Notes: a model not told the origin generated them from the letters alone. A stretch of DNA of 64,000 nt from Fibrobacterota bacterium (GCA_028287465.1 JAQBPO010000050.1:182743-246742); one strand, 5' to 3'; shown: positions 46,403-56,439, counted from the stretch's first letter. Numbers and translations: made by a program.

Positions 46403-48025
46403 TCAGTATTTCGCGTACCACTTCCTCAGCAGGGGCGCGAAGTACTTCTGGGCGTCCCCGTTCTTGGCTTCGAAATTGTTGGCGGCGATGGAAAAGACGA
46501 TCCATTTCCCCGAAGCCGCCTTCATGTACCCCGCCAGGGCGCTTACGCCCTCCAGGGTCCCGGTCTTGGCGTAGAGCTTGCCTTCCCATCCGCCGCCGTA
46601 CCGTTCCAGCTTGGCCGTGGCGCCGGGGGCCCCCAGCAGGCTGGCCTGGAACTCGGGGAAATTCTTCTGGCGATAGGCATGGGCCAGCAGCCGGGCCGTC
46701 TGGGCGGGAGCGATCCAATTGTAGCGCGACAGGCCGTTGCCGTCCTTGAGGTGGATGCGTCCGGTGTCGAACCCCCGGGCGGCGAGCCAGCCGTAAACGG
46801 CCTCCAGGCCGCCGCGCCAATCCCCGCTGCGGCCGGTGCCTTTGCCCAGCAGCGCCAGGACCTGGGCCGCGAAATTGTTGTCGCTTTTCTGGTTCACGAT
46901 GCGGATGAGTTCGCGTAAAGGAGGGGAGACATGGCGCGCTCCCGGGACGGCGACCGCGCCGGCCACGGGGGCATGGTTGGGCATGGCCAGGGAATCGCCG
47001 CAGAGGGCGGCTGAGCCCGCAGCCGCGGGAATGCCGTGCGCGGACAGGTAATCGCCGAATTCCCGAGCGCAGGTCCAGGGCGGGTTGGGCAGGCTGCCCT
47101 TGATATTGAAGGGCATGCGGCCCGCGGGATAGGAGCCGCGCAGGATCCGGCCCGGAGCGGGGAACCCGCCGATGATGAAGGCGGAGTCGCGGCCGTCGGC
47201 GGGCCCGGTGAGGAGGCGGTTGTCGAAGCGGGCGATGCCGCTATGGACGGGAAGGGTGCCTTGCAGGGTCACGGGCCTGCCCGCGGAAGAGGCGCCGGAA
47301 AAGGCGGCCAGGTACAGATTGTCATTGAAGGATAGGCCGGATACCGTGCCCGCGTAGTAATTGCCCGCATCCTCCCAGAGACTGGCCGGATGGGGCCCTT
47401 CCTCGTCAAGGTAGCCTCCCTCGCCGATCACGCATCCTTCCACGCGCTTGATGCCTTCCTTCCGCAAGGCCTGGGCCCATTGGGCGAAAATGGTTTCGGC
47501 CGAATGGTCGGGCCCGAACTGCGCGCCGCCGAAGGACGGATCCCCGCCGCCCCGGATGATCAGGTCGCCTTTGAGCGCGCCGTCCTCGACCTTCCCCGCG
47601 CGGAACAGCTCGGTCACGTAGGTCTTGTCCCCTCCGAGGAGATCCAGGGCTACGTAGGTGGTGAACAGTTTCTGGGTGGAACCCGGAGTGAGATTCAGAT
47701 CGCCCTGATGCGTTTCCAGGAAACCGTCTCCCGCGGCGGCATCCTTCACGGCCCAGCCGATCAGGGCCTCGCGCGGGAAGTAGAAGTTGCCTGGGGCTTC
47801 GGGTGCCTGCCCCTTTTCCTTGGCGGAAGGGGAGGCCGGGGCGGCGGGAGCGGAGGCGCCCGCGGGGGCGGCCATATCGGGATCCAGCGCCGCGGTCTTG
47901 GGGGACGGCTTCGCGGCCTTGGAGGGTTTGCCCCAGGCCCCCAGGGTCAGAAGACCGGCAAATGCGATTACTATGGGGACTATCCGGGACAATCGCCCCC
48001 CTTGGCTATGGTAAGGTTCCGACAC
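46403..48025 (-). CDS. dacB: D-alanyl-D-alanine carboxypeptidase/endopeptidase (PBP4, peptidase S13)
   Basis: The SxxK motif is GSTQKL, the SxN motif is KSDNNFA, and the KTG motif is AKTGTL. An N-terminal signal/TM segment is present. Confidence 0.85.
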   Translation of the reverse strand: MSEPYHSQGGRLSRIVPIVIAFAGLLTLGAWGKPSKAAKPSPKTAALDPDMAAPAGASAPAAPASPSAKEKGQAPEAPGNFYFPREALIGWAVKDAAAGDGFLETHQGDLNLTPGSTQKLFTTYVALDLLGGDKTYVTELFRAGKVEDGALKGDLIIRGGGDPSFGGAQFGPDHSAETIFAQWAQALRKEGIKRVEGCVIGEGGYLDEEGPHPASLWEDAGNYYAGTVSGLSFNDNLYLAAFSGASSAGRPVTLQGTLPVHSGIARFDNRLLTGPADGRDSAFIIGGFPAPGRILRGSYPAGRMPFNIKGSLPNPPWTCAREFGDYLSAHGIPAAAGSAALCGDSLAMPNHAPVAGAVAVPGARHVSPPLRELIRIVNQKSDNNFAAQVLALLGKGTGRSGDWRGGLEAVYGWLAARGFDTGRIHLKDGNGLSRYNWIAPAQTARLLAHAYRQKNFPEFQASLLGAPGATAKLERYGGGWEGKLYAKTGTLEGVSALAGYMKAASGKWIVFSIAANNFEAKNGDAQKYFAPLLRKWYAKY

Positions 48026-48042
48026 GGATGTAAATTTAGAAT

Positions 48043-48519
48043 ATGGAACATACCGTGGCCTCGACCTTGACCGAATCCTCCGAATTCATCCTGCCCGGGG
48101 ACCTGAACAGCCTCGGCTACCTCTTCGGGGGCAAGCTCGTCTCCTGGATCGACAAGGTGGGCGCCATCAGCGCCATCAAGCACGTGCGGGGAATCGTAGT
48201 CACGGTCTCGATCGACAATCTCATATTCAAGAAACCGGTGACCAACGGTTCGGTCCTGACCATCCGGGCCTCGGTCAACCGCGCCTTCGCCCATTCCATG
48301 GAAGTGGGGGTGGTGGCCAAGACCCTTCCCCCGGGATCCGAAGAGCCCTTGCATGTCTGCACGGCCTACCTGACCTTCGTGGCCCTGGACGAAAAGGGCA
48401 AGAAGAAGGACATCCCTCCCGTAATCCCGGAGACGGAAGCCGAAAAGCGCCGCTACGAAGAAGCCCTGATCCGGCGCAACCATCGCCTGAGCCTGGCTGA
48501 GAAGCTCGGGAAGGGATGA
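48043..48519 (+). CDS. Acyl-CoA thioesterase (hotdog fold, YciA-like)
   Basis: The hotdog core GGKLVSWIDKVGAISAIKH and the block VTVSIDNLIFKKPV are present. The stop overlaps the NadE start. Confidence 0.8.
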   Translation: MEHTVASTLTESSEFILPGDLNSLGYLFGGKLVSWIDKVGAISAIKHVRGIVVTVSIDNLIFKKPVTNGSVLTIRASVNRAFAHSMEVGVVAKTLPPGSEEPLHVCTAYLTFVALDEKGKKKDIPPVIPETEAEKRRYEEALIRRNHRLSLAEKLGKG

Positions 48520-50537
48520 TGGGAGTCACCATCGGCATGGCCCAGATGGAGGTCTTTCCCGGGGACCCCGCCCGCAACGGCGCCTGTATGCTCCGCCTGA
48601 TCGAGGAGGCGCGGGAAAAGGCCATCGATTTGCTCGCCTTCCCGGAGATGTGCCTGCCCGGATACCTGCTGGGCGACATGTGGGAACGCCCGTCCTTCCT
48701 GCGGGAATGCGAAGCCTGGGCCGAACGCATCATCGCGGCCACGGCCGGGACTCCATCCGTCGCCGTGGTCTTCGGTACGGTCATCCCGGATTGGAGCGCC
48801 AAGGGCGAGGACGGCCGCGTCAGGAAGTACAACGGGTATATCGCCGCGCAGGCAGGCAAGGCGGTACGGCATCCCGGACTCGATCGCGATTACGGGATCA
48901 AGACCCTGCTTCCCAATTACCGGGAATTCGAGGACCCCCGTCACTTCCATGATACCCGCAAGATCGCCCTGGAATCCGGCAAGCCCCTGGAGTCCCTGCT
49001 GGAGCCCATGGTCCTGGACCTGGGCGGCCGCGCCTGCCGCGCGGGCATCCTGATCTGCGAAGACGCGTGGGAAGACGATTACGCGCACAAGCCCCTGGCC
49101 ATCCTGGGCGGCAAGGGCTGCGATTTCCTGCTCAACCTGAGCAGTTCCCCTTTCACGGCCGGGAAGAACGAAAAGCGCAACCGGGTGTTCTCATACAAGG
49201 TGAGGAACCTGGGCATCCCGCTGTTCTACGTCAATTGCGTGAGCCTGCAGAACAACGGCAAGACCGTTTTCACCTTCGACGGGCGGAGCACCGCCTACGC
49301 CGCGGACGGAAGGATCCGCGCGGAGTCGGCGGCTTTCGCGCCCGACCTTACGCCCGTGGCCCTGGAATGGCGCGGGGACAAGGCCGATTTGGCCGCGCCG
49401 CAGGACCCGGCGGCCCCCTCGGGCGGACCCACCGCGAAGGCGGCGAAGCCGGGCGGGAAGGCTGAAGGCAAGGCCCCGGAACGGAAGACCAAATCCGATG
49501 CCGAGGCCGACCGGCATATCCGCGAATACCATCTGGCCTTGCGCTACGGCGCGAAAGCCTTCCTGGATTCCATCGGGCAGGACCGCGTGGTGATCGGGGT
49601 ATCGGGCGGCATCGACAGCGCGGTGGCCGCGGCCCTGTACCGGGAAATCCTGGAGCCCCAGAACCTGCTGCTGGTCAACATGCCCAGCCGCTTCAATAGC
49701 GGCACCACCCGCGACCTCGCCAAGGAACTGGCCTCCAACCTGGGATGCCTGTATGCGGAAATCGGCATCGAGGACAGCATGGCGGTCACCAAGGCCCAGT
49801 TGGACGGCCTGGAAATCAAATCCCCGGACGGATCGAAGTTCGCGGCCATTTCCCTGGCCGGCTTCGTGATGGAGAACGTGCAGGCGCGCGATCGTTCCAG
49901 CCGCATCCTCGCCGCCCTGGCCGCCTCCTTCGCGGGCGTGTTCACCTGCAATGCGAACAAGGCGGAAATCACCGTCGGTTACAGCACCCTATACGGCGAC
50001 CTCGGCGGTTTCCTGGTCCTGTTGGGCGATCTCTGGAAGAGCGAGGTATATGCCCTGGGCCGGCACCTCAACAAGGAAATCTACGGGCGCGAGGCCATAC
50101 CGGAAGGCAGCTTCACCATCGTCCCGAGCGCCGAACTCAGCGAGAGCCAGGCCGTGGACGAGGGCAAGGGCGATCCCCTGATCTATCCCTATCATGATCG
50201 CCTTTTCTTCTCCTGGATCCAGCGGTGGAACCGCGCGACGCCGGAGGAAATCCTGGAATGGTACGTTTCCGGGACCCTCAACAAGGAACTGGGCCTTCAG
50301 GGCACGGACGTCCATAAGCTCTTCGCGGGGGCGGCCGCCTTTATCCGCGATCTGGAGCGTTGGTGGAACCTGTATAACGGGATCGCGGTGGCCAAGCGCG
50401 TGCAGGCCCCGCCCATCCTGGCCGTCAGTTCCCGCGCCTTCGGTTTCGACCACCGGGAGGCGATCGGAAAGCCTTTCTACTCTACCCGTTATTTGGAGCT
50501 GCGCCGGGACCTGCTCGGCAATTCAGGCAAATCCTGA
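48516..50537 (+). CDS. nadE: Glutamine-dependent NAD(+) synthetase (CN-hydrolase domain fused to NadE)
   Basis: An N-terminal nitrilase-fold domain is present (LAFPEMCLPGY, ICEDAWE). The NAD-synthase P-loop reads VVIGVSGGIDSAVAAAL. The ATGATGG start overlaps the upstream stop. Confidence 0.9.
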   Translation: MMGVTIGMAQMEVFPGDPARNGACMLRLIEEAREKAIDLLAFPEMCLPGYLLGDMWERPSFLRECEAWAERIIAATAGTPSVAVVFGTVIPDWSAKGEDGRVRKYNGYIAAQAGKAVRHPGLDRDYGIKTLLPNYREFEDPRHFHDTRKIALESGKPLESLLEPMVLDLGGRACRAGILICEDAWEDDYAHKPLAILGGKGCDFLLNLSSSPFTAGKNEKRNRVFSYKVRNLGIPLFYVNCVSLQNNGKTVFTFDGRSTAYAADGRIRAESAAFAPDLTPVALEWRGDKADLAAPQDPAAPSGGPTAKAAKPGGKAEGKAPERKTKSDAEADRHIREYHLALRYGAKAFLDSIGQDRVVIGVSGGIDSAVAAALYREILEPQNLLLVNMPSRFNSGTTRDLAKELASNLGCLYAEIGIEDSMAVTKAQLDGLEIKSPDGSKFAAISLAGFVMENVQARDRSSRILAALAASFAGVFTCNANKAEITVGYSTLYGDLGGFLVLLGDLWKSEVYALGRHLNKEIYGREAIPEGSFTIVPSAELSESQAVDEGKGDPLIYPYHDRLFFSWIQRWNRATPEEILEWYVSGTLNKELGLQGTDVHKLFAGAAAFIRDLERWWNLYNGIAVAKRVQAPPILAVSSRAFGFDHREAIGKPFYSTRYLELRRDLLGNSGKS

Positions 50538-50595
50538 GAGCGTCCCGGGGGAGGCGCGCCGAAGTCGGTGGCATACCGCCGGGGAAGGCATTATA

Positions 50596-51714
50596 ATGTC
50601 CCTAATGCTGCATATACTCAACGGCGACACGACCCTGAATCTCATCAAGGAATCCTCCGTCAAAGGCACCTTCCTCGTATGGAAGGACATGCTCATGGAA
50701 GGGCCGGTCTCTCCGACTAAAATCGACTGGAAGGCCCGGGCGGAATTCCTGAACCGCAACTACGGGATCGATTCCCGGAAGTACCTCGCGGCCATGAAGG
50801 ATTGCCATGCCGCCTTGGACAAAGCGGCCAAGGGCAAGGACGAGGTCGTGTTGTGGTTCGAGGAGGATTTCTTCTGCCAGATCCACCTCGTCTACCTGCT
50901 CGCCACCTTGCCCGAACCGTTGAAGCGCAAGGGCCGCGCGTCCATCATCTGTCCGGAGAAACCCCTGGGCGTGCGCCTGCCGGGAGCCTTTCCCAAGCTC
51001 CTGGCCGGGCGCATCCCCATCGAACCCGCCTTGCTGACCCTGGCGAAAAAGGTCTGGGCCGCCTATTCCGCATCCTCGTCCAAGGGTTGGGAGTCCTTCC
51101 TGAAATGGGCCCAATCGGGCAAGGGCTTCGAGCCTTGGCCCTTGCTCAAGAGCGGGCTGCGCTCCCATCTTGGGCGCCTGCCCACCCCGAATGGCAAGCC
51201 CAATGCCCTGGAAACCGCCCTCTTGCGTTCGGCCTCGGCCGGCAACGCGCACTTCCCGCAATTCCTCCGCCGGGTCTGGAGCGAACCCCTGGTAAGGCCT
51301 TTGGGGCTGGGCGACCTGCAGGTCGCGCGTTATGCCTTGGATCTGTCCCGGAAAGGCAAACCGCTCCTGACCATCGAAGGCCCGGACAATGCGCCGAAGC
51401 CCGGCCAGTCCTTCCGGTACCAGGAATGGATCCTGCACCTCACGGCGGAAGGCAAGGCCCGCCTCGCGGAAGTCACCGAAGCCCATGTTGTCGCTCCTGC
51501 CGCGTCCCGCGGCGCCGGCGACACGCGGGGAAAGCCCAAGTCCAAGTCCAAGTCCAAGGCCGTCGCCAAGGCGGCTTTCCCGGCCAAGGCCCCATCCAAG
51601 GCCAAGCCGGATCCAAAGGCGAAGGTCAAGGCCAAGCCGGTCCGGCCGGGCAAGGCATCCGTATCCGTCAAGCCCGGAAAGACGGGCAGACCAAAGTCCC
51701 CCGCGCGCGGCTGA
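50596..51714 (+). CDS. DUF1835 domain-containing protein with a C-terminal Lys/Ala/Pro-rich (histone H1-like) tail
   Basis: The N-terminus MSLMLHILNGDTTLNLIKESS resembles the DUF1835 start I recall. The tail reads KPKSKSKSKAVAKAAFPAKAPSKAKPDPKAKVKAKPVRPGKASVSVKPGKTGRPKSPARG. The ATG at 50596 is in frame inside track ORF 50194; I rejected the longer form because it overlaps NadE. Confidence 0.65.
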   Translation: MSLMLHILNGDTTLNLIKESSVKGTFLVWKDMLMEGPVSPTKIDWKARAEFLNRNYGIDSRKYLAAMKDCHAALDKAAKGKDEVVLWFEEDFFCQIHLVYLLATLPEPLKRKGRASIICPEKPLGVRLPGAFPKLLAGRIPIEPALLTLAKKVWAAYSASSSKGWESFLKWAQSGKGFEPWPLLKSGLRSHLGRLPTPNGKPNALETALLRSASAGNAHFPQFLRRVWSEPLVRPLGLGDLQVARYALDLSRKGKPLLTIEGPDNAPKPGQSFRYQEWILHLTAEGKARLAEVTEAHVVAPAASRGAGDTRGKPKSKSKSKAVAKAAFPAKAPSKAKPDPKAKVKAKPVRPGKASVSVKPGKTGRPKSPARG

Positions 51715-51803
51715 TCCGGATCCGGGTCCCGCATCGGGACCGGAAACGGAAACGGCAGACCGTATGGAAACGATCCGCCGCTTCAACCCCCATCGCGGTC
51801 CGC

Positions 51804-52550
51804 CTAAGCGTGGACTTCTTCTTCGATGCCCGCTTCCTGTTTGACCAGGGCGGCCCACCAGGTCCTGATGGTGTCCAGGTGGATCTGCTCCTGGGCCTGC
51901 GCGTCCCGGAAGGAGGCCGCCATATCCGAAAGGCCCATGCCATCGGCCACCTCCGATAAAAGCTTCCAGGCTTCGTTGTCCGCCAGTTCCGCGATCAGAA
52001 TCGCGTCCAGGCACTGGTAGAAGGTGCTGCGCGGGTCGGACATGGTCTGGAGCAGGCCCATGCCCTTGACGCCGGTATGGTCGGCCGAGGGCGTCTGTAC
52101 GGTGGGATCCGCGCCCAATTGCTCCAGGCACTTCCACAGGAGCAGGAAATGCTCCCGTTCCTCATCGTGGAAACGGATGAGGGCGGAAAGATCCGCGTCC
52201 CCGGTTTCCGATTCCCCCGCACGGAATTTGCCGATCAGCAATTCGTAAAGACGGGTGCCCGCGCGTTCGAAGGCCAATCGCTCGCCGATCTTGTCGATGA
52301 GGGCGGTGGCGTTATGCCCCTTGCCCATCTGCAAGGCGGTCTTGGCGACGCCTTTGATGGTGGCCGGGGGCGATACCGTTCCGATGGGGCCGGACTCGGC
52401 GTCGTATGCGGCGCGCAAGCGCACGATTTCCCCGGAATCCCCCAGCGCGATGGGAGGCGCCTTCCATTCGTTCTCCTTCTGGCGCTTGCCTTCCTTCGGG
52501 GCCATGGCCATGCCCGTGCGGTTCATTCCAAGTTCGGTCTCTTTTTTCAT
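51804..52550 (-). CDS. Ferritin-like (diiron-carboxylate-type) domain protein, small subunit of a pair
   Basis: ExxH-type motifs are present: DEEREHF and AELADNEAW. The protein is predicted all-helical. The start ATG at 52550 has a GGAGA ribosome-binding site and lies 26 nt after the upstream partner's stop. Confidence 0.55.
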   Translation of the reverse strand: MKKETELGMNRTGMAMAPKEGKRQKENEWKAPPIALGDSGEIVRLRAAYDAESGPIGTVSPPATIKGVAKTALQMGKGHNATALIDKIGERLAFERAGTRLYELLIGKFRAGESETGDADLSALIRFHDEEREHFLLLWKCLEQLGADPTVQTPSADHTGVKGMGLLQTMSDPRSTFYQCLDAILIAELADNEAWKLLSEVADGMGLSDMAASFRDAQAQEQIHLDTIRTWWAALVKQEAGIEEEVHA

Positions 52551-52576
52551 CTTGGTCTCCATGGGTTCGGCGGGTT

Positions 52577-53752
52577 TCAGGCGAGGTTGAGGGATTCGGA
52601 TTGGACCCGGAGTTCCGTTCCCGGTTTCCAGGAATATCCGGCGGCCACCATGGTGGATGGCGACCCCTTCGAGTTCAGGCGCTCCCGGTAATTGATGGAG
52701 CGGAGATCCTCCTGGTCGGCCGGGACGAACTGGGTGCCGCGGGCCCGCAGGTCCACTTCCTGGGACAGGGTCTGCCGGACGAAGTCGCGATGGCTTTCGT
52801 ATTTGATCGGATCCGGGATCTCCTTGGGGAGCAGTTCCTCGGGATCGCGTTTCTCGATCTTGCGCATCAGGTCCATGACCAGGTGGAGATGCCCCAGCTC
52901 GTAATCGGTGAAGCGCTGCCAGATGGATTTGATGCGCGGATTGGTCTCCTGTTGCATGCAGGAGTAGTAGTTGTAGACTTCCATGGCCTCGCTCAGGAGC
53001 CATTTCTCGAGCAGGCTCTCGGAAGGATTGATCAAGGAGCCGTATTGGGTCACGTGCTGCTCCTCGATGGAGGAGATTTCCGCGTACAGCATGCGCGCGC
53101 CGGGATCGGCGAACAAGGGGCCGATGTTCTTGTAGTAATTCTCCGTCTGGAACTCGGCATTGGTGATGGTCAGGGCGTGGATCTTGGTCAATGGGGCCGC
53201 GTCCAGGGCGTACGGTTCGCGCAAATCGTCTTCGGGGGCGCGATGCTCGACCGCGGTGGGCCTTCCCGGCAGGATGTCCGTGTAATTCTGGAGGATATTG
53301 TTGGCGTCCTTCCCTTCGAGGCGATCGAGGAGCGCCGAGAACCTGTAAAGGTGGTCGAAATCCTCGAGCATGCCGAAGCGGTAGACCTGGGCATTGTAGG
53401 GATCGGGCTCGTTCAGCGCAACATGGGCCGTGACCTCGATGGCCACCTGCTCGTAGGCGATGGTGGTTTCCAGGGGGGATTGATCGGGAGGCAACAGCCA
53501 ATTGACCAGGGTCTGCTGGAAGGCCTCGACGCGCCGGACGCGGGCCAGGGGCAGGCGGAGGTCGCCGTTCATCTGATGGAAGGAATGCTGGCAGCGCAGG
53601 GCCCCCATTTCAAGTCCGTTCATCAGGATGATGCGCACGCGCGTGAAGGCATCGTCGTTCAGCTTGCTGATGGGGACCCGCACGAGATCCCTCCAATCGA
53701 ATTGCTGGTTCTCGATGGGCGTCCCTTTTTCCTTCAGGATATCCAAGGCCAT
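52577..53752 (-). CDS. Ferritin-like (diiron-carboxylate-type) domain protein, large subunit of a pair
   Basis: ExxH motifs are IEEQHV and YELGHL, alongside an earlier glutamate-containing segment. The start ATG at 53752 has an AAAGGGA ribosome-binding site. Confidence 0.55.
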   Translation of the reverse strand: MALDILKEKGTPIENQQFDWRDLVRVPISKLNDDAFTRVRIILMNGLEMGALRCQHSFHQMNGDLRLPLARVRRVEAFQQTLVNWLLPPDQSPLETTIAYEQVAIEVTAHVALNEPDPYNAQVYRFGMLEDFDHLYRFSALLDRLEGKDANNILQNYTDILPGRPTAVEHRAPEDDLREPYALDAAPLTKIHALTITNAEFQTENYYKNIGPLFADPGARMLYAEISSIEEQHVTQYGSLINPSESLLEKWLLSEAMEVYNYYSCMQQETNPRIKSIWQRFTDYELGHLHLVMDLMRKIEKRDPEELLPKEIPDPIKYESHRDFVRQTLSQEVDLRARGTQFVPADQEDLRSINYRERLNSKGSPSTMVAAGYSWKPGTELRVQSESLNLA

Positions 53753-53873
53753 GGCGTTCCCTTTCAGCGTCCGGACGGGACGCATTCCGAGTGTTGTTGG
53801 GTGGGGATTGAGGAGGGAAAATAAAAGCCGCCGGGAAGGCGGCGCAAGCATCATCACCTGCCAATGTGGCAGG

Positions 53874-54578
53874 TCACTCTCCCAGGTAGGCTTCCTTGAC
53901 GCGGGGATCGTTCGCCAGGTCCACGGAGGATCCTTGCATGATGATGCGCCCGGTCTCGAGGACATACGCCTTTTGCGACCGCTTCAAGGCCAGGTTGGCG
54001 TTCTGTTCCACCAGGAGCACGGTGGTCCCCTCCTGGTTGATGCGATCGATGGCGTCGAAGATGGCATGCACGATGAGCGGCGCGAGTCCGAGCGAGGGTT
54101 CGTCCAGCAACAGCAGGCGGGGATGGGCCATCAGGGCGCGGCCGATGGCCAGCATCTGCTGCTCGCCTCCGCTCAAGGTCCCGGCCATCTGGGCCTGGCG
54201 CTCCTTGAGGCGCGGGAACACCTCATGGACATGCCCGATGTCCCGCTTCAGCTTCTTGCCGTCGCGTTGCATGTATCCGCCCAGTTCCAGGTTTTCCAGC
54301 ACGGTCAGGTTCGAGAAAACGGCCCGGCCTTCGGGAACCAGGGCGATACCCATGGCGGCGATCTTGTGGGTGGGGATCTTGTTGATGCGCTTGCCTTCGA
54401 ATACCACGTCTCCGGCATAAGGCTGGCACAGGCCCATGATGCTGCGCAAGGTGGTCGACTTGCCCGCGCCGTTGGCGCCGATCAAGGTCGCGACCGCGCC
54501 CTTTTCCACCTCCAGGCTCACGTCGGTGAGGGCCTTGATGGCCCCGTAGCGGGAGGAGACGTTCTTGAGGGTCAGCAT
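53874..54578 (-). CDS. livF: Branched-chain amino acid ABC transporter ATP-binding protein LivF
   Basis: The N-terminus MLTLKNVSSRYG parallels E. coli LivF. Walker A is GANGAGKST. The signature is LSGGEQQMLAIGRAL. Confidence 0.9.
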   Translation of the reverse strand: MLTLKNVSSRYGAIKALTDVSLEVEKGAVATLIGANGAGKSTTLRSIMGLCQPYAGDVVFEGKRINKIPTHKIAAMGIALVPEGRAVFSNLTVLENLELGGYMQRDGKKLKRDIGHVHEVFPRLKERQAQMAGTLSGGEQQMLAIGRALMAHPRLLLLDEPSLGLAPLIVHAIFDAIDRINQEGTTVLLVEQNANLALKRSQKAYVLETGRIIMQGSSVDLANDPRVKEAYLGE

Positions 54579-54585
54579 GCCGGGA

Positions 54586-55347
54586 TCATTCCTTCCCCAG
54601 ATAGGCTTCAATCACCTTCTGGTCCTTGCGGATATCCGCGGGCGCGCCCATGGCGATGGCTTCGCCGTGCACGAGCACCTGGATGCGCTCGCAGACGCCC
54701 ATGACCACCTTCATATTATGCTCAACCAGCAGGATGGAGACCTTGAACTCGTCCCGCAGGCGGCGGATGAGGCGCATGAGGTCGGCGGACTCCTGGGGAT
54801 TCATGCCCGCGGCGGGCTCGTCCAGCAGGAGCAGCCTGGGCTTGGTGGCCAGGGCGCGCGCGATTTCCAGTCGGCGCTGGGAGCCGTAGGGCAGGTTGGC
54901 GGCCTCCTCGTCGGCGTACTTGTCGAGTTGGAAAAGCTCCAAGAGCCGCATGGCCTCCTCGCGGTAGGAAGCTTCCTCGTCGCGGTAGGTCGCGCCTTGG
55001 AATACCGCTCCCAGGACGCCCAGCTTGCTGTGCATGTGGTTGGAAACGAGCACGTTCTCCAGCACGGACATGCCCGTGAAGAGCCGGATGTTCTGGAAGG
55101 TGCGGGCGATGCCGGCCGCGGCGATACGGTGGGGAGGGCGCCCATGGACGGGCTTGCCGTTGAAGAGGATTTCGCCCGAGGTGGGGGCGTAGACCCCGGT
55201 GATGAGGTTGAACACCGTGGTCTTGCCCGCGCCGTTGGGGCCGATGAGGCCGAAGAGTTCACCCTCCTCGACGGAGAAGGTGAGGTCCTTGACCGCGAGC
55301 AGCCCGCCGAAGCGGATGGTGGCGCTTTTGAGTTCCAGCAGGGCCAT
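54586..55347 (-). CDS. livG: Branched-chain amino acid ABC transporter ATP-binding protein LivG
   Basis: The N-terminus is MALLELKSATIRFGGLLAV. Walker A is GPNGAGKTT. The signature is YGSQRRLEIARAL. The start overlaps the LivM stop. Confidence 0.9.
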   Translation of the reverse strand: MALLELKSATIRFGGLLAVKDLTFSVEEGELFGLIGPNGAGKTTVFNLITGVYAPTSGEILFNGKPVHGRPPHRIAAAGIARTFQNIRLFTGMSVLENVLVSNHMHSKLGVLGAVFQGATYRDEEASYREEAMRLLELFQLDKYADEEAANLPYGSQRRLEIARALATKPRLLLLDEPAAGMNPQESADLMRLIRRLRDEFKVSILLVEHNMKVVMGVCERIQVLVHGEAIAMGAPADIRKDQKVIEAYLGKE

Positions 55348-56396
55348 TATTGCTTCCCTGCCACGCCGGTCTCGGCCGCCACGCTCTTCGCTCCCGTGGG
55401 GCCCGCGTCGATCGTGGCGCTCTTGCGGCGTTTTTTCCCGAACAGGGACTTCTGGCCCAGGATGCCCTGGGGCCGGTAGATCATGATCAGGATCAGGGCC
55501 AGGGAATAGATGATCATGCGGTAGCTGTCGAACCCGCGGAAGGCCTCGGGCAATACGGTCAGCAGCACGGCTCCCAGCACCGCGCCTTCGATGCTTCCCA
55601 GGCCGCCGATGGCGATCATGATGATGATCTCGAAGGACTTCACGAAGGTGAAGGAATTGGTGTGCAGGTACATGGTGTAATGGCCGAACAGGCAACCCGC
55701 CATGCCGGCGAACATGGAGCCTATCACGAAGGCCAGCACCTTGTGGCGCGTCACGTCGATCCCCATGGCCTGGGCGGCGATCTCGTTCTCGCGGATGGCC
55801 AGGAAGGCCCGGCCGTAGGTCGAGCGCACCAGGTTCCAGACCGTGACTACCGTGGCGACCGCCATCAGGTAGACCCAGAAGAAGTTGCTCAGCTTGGGGA
55901 TGCCGGAAAAGCCGCGCGCGCCGCCCACCGCGTCGATGTTCAGGATGAGCACGCGGATGATCTCGCCGAAACCCAGGGTCACGATGGCCAGGTAGTCCCC
56001 GCGCAGGCGCAGGGAGGGGATGCCCACGATGAGGCCCGCCAGGGCGGTCGCTAGGGCCGCCGCGGCCAAGGCGATCAAAAGGACCACGGCGTCCTGCCCC
56101 ATGGGGGGAATGAAGGAGACCGCGGCGCGGATCGCGCTCCCGCCGTAATAGCTGACCGAGGCTGCCACGTAGGCGCCCACGGCGAAGAATCCCGCATGGC
56201 CTATGGAGAACTGCCCCGCTATGCCGTTGGTGAGGTTCAGGCTCACCGCGAGGATGATATTGATGCCGGCCAGGACCAGGATCTGGTAGTAATAGGGACC
56301 TTGGCGGACGGGCCCGTCGAGCAGGACGGCGGTGAGGCCCCATTGAAGCAAGGCCAGGACGCCTATGACGCCAAAAATATAGAGAATGCGCTTCAT
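55347..56396 (-). CDS. livM: Branched-chain amino acid ABC transporter permease LivM
   Basis: The membrane protein has 8-10 TM helices. The conserved block LRLRGDYLAIVTLGFGEIIR is present. Confidence 0.9.
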   Translation of the reverse strand: MKRILYIFGVIGVLALLQWGLTAVLLDGPVRQGPYYYQILVLAGINIILAVSLNLTNGIAGQFSIGHAGFFAVGAYVAASVSYYGGSAIRAAVSFIPPMGQDAVVLLIALAAAALATALAGLIVGIPSLRLRGDYLAIVTLGFGEIIRVLILNIDAVGGARGFSGIPKLSNFFWVYLMAVATVVTVWNLVRSTYGRAFLAIRENEIAAQAMGIDVTRHKVLAFVIGSMFAGMAGCLFGHYTMYLHTNSFTFVKSFEIIIMIAIGGLGSIEGAVLGAVLLTVLPEAFRGFDSYRMIIYSLALILIMIYRPQGILGQKSLFGKKRRKSATIDAGPTGAKSVAAETGVAGKQ

Positions 56397-56439
56397 TGCG
56401 GGCTACCGCCCTGGTGTCGCAAAATCCTTCCCTTCACCC

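Noticed and set aside
50194-50595. 5' extension of the DUF1835 ORF into nadE
   Set aside because: The extension overlaps the NadE coding region in another frame. The internal ATG at 50596 yields the MLHILNG-type N-terminus.
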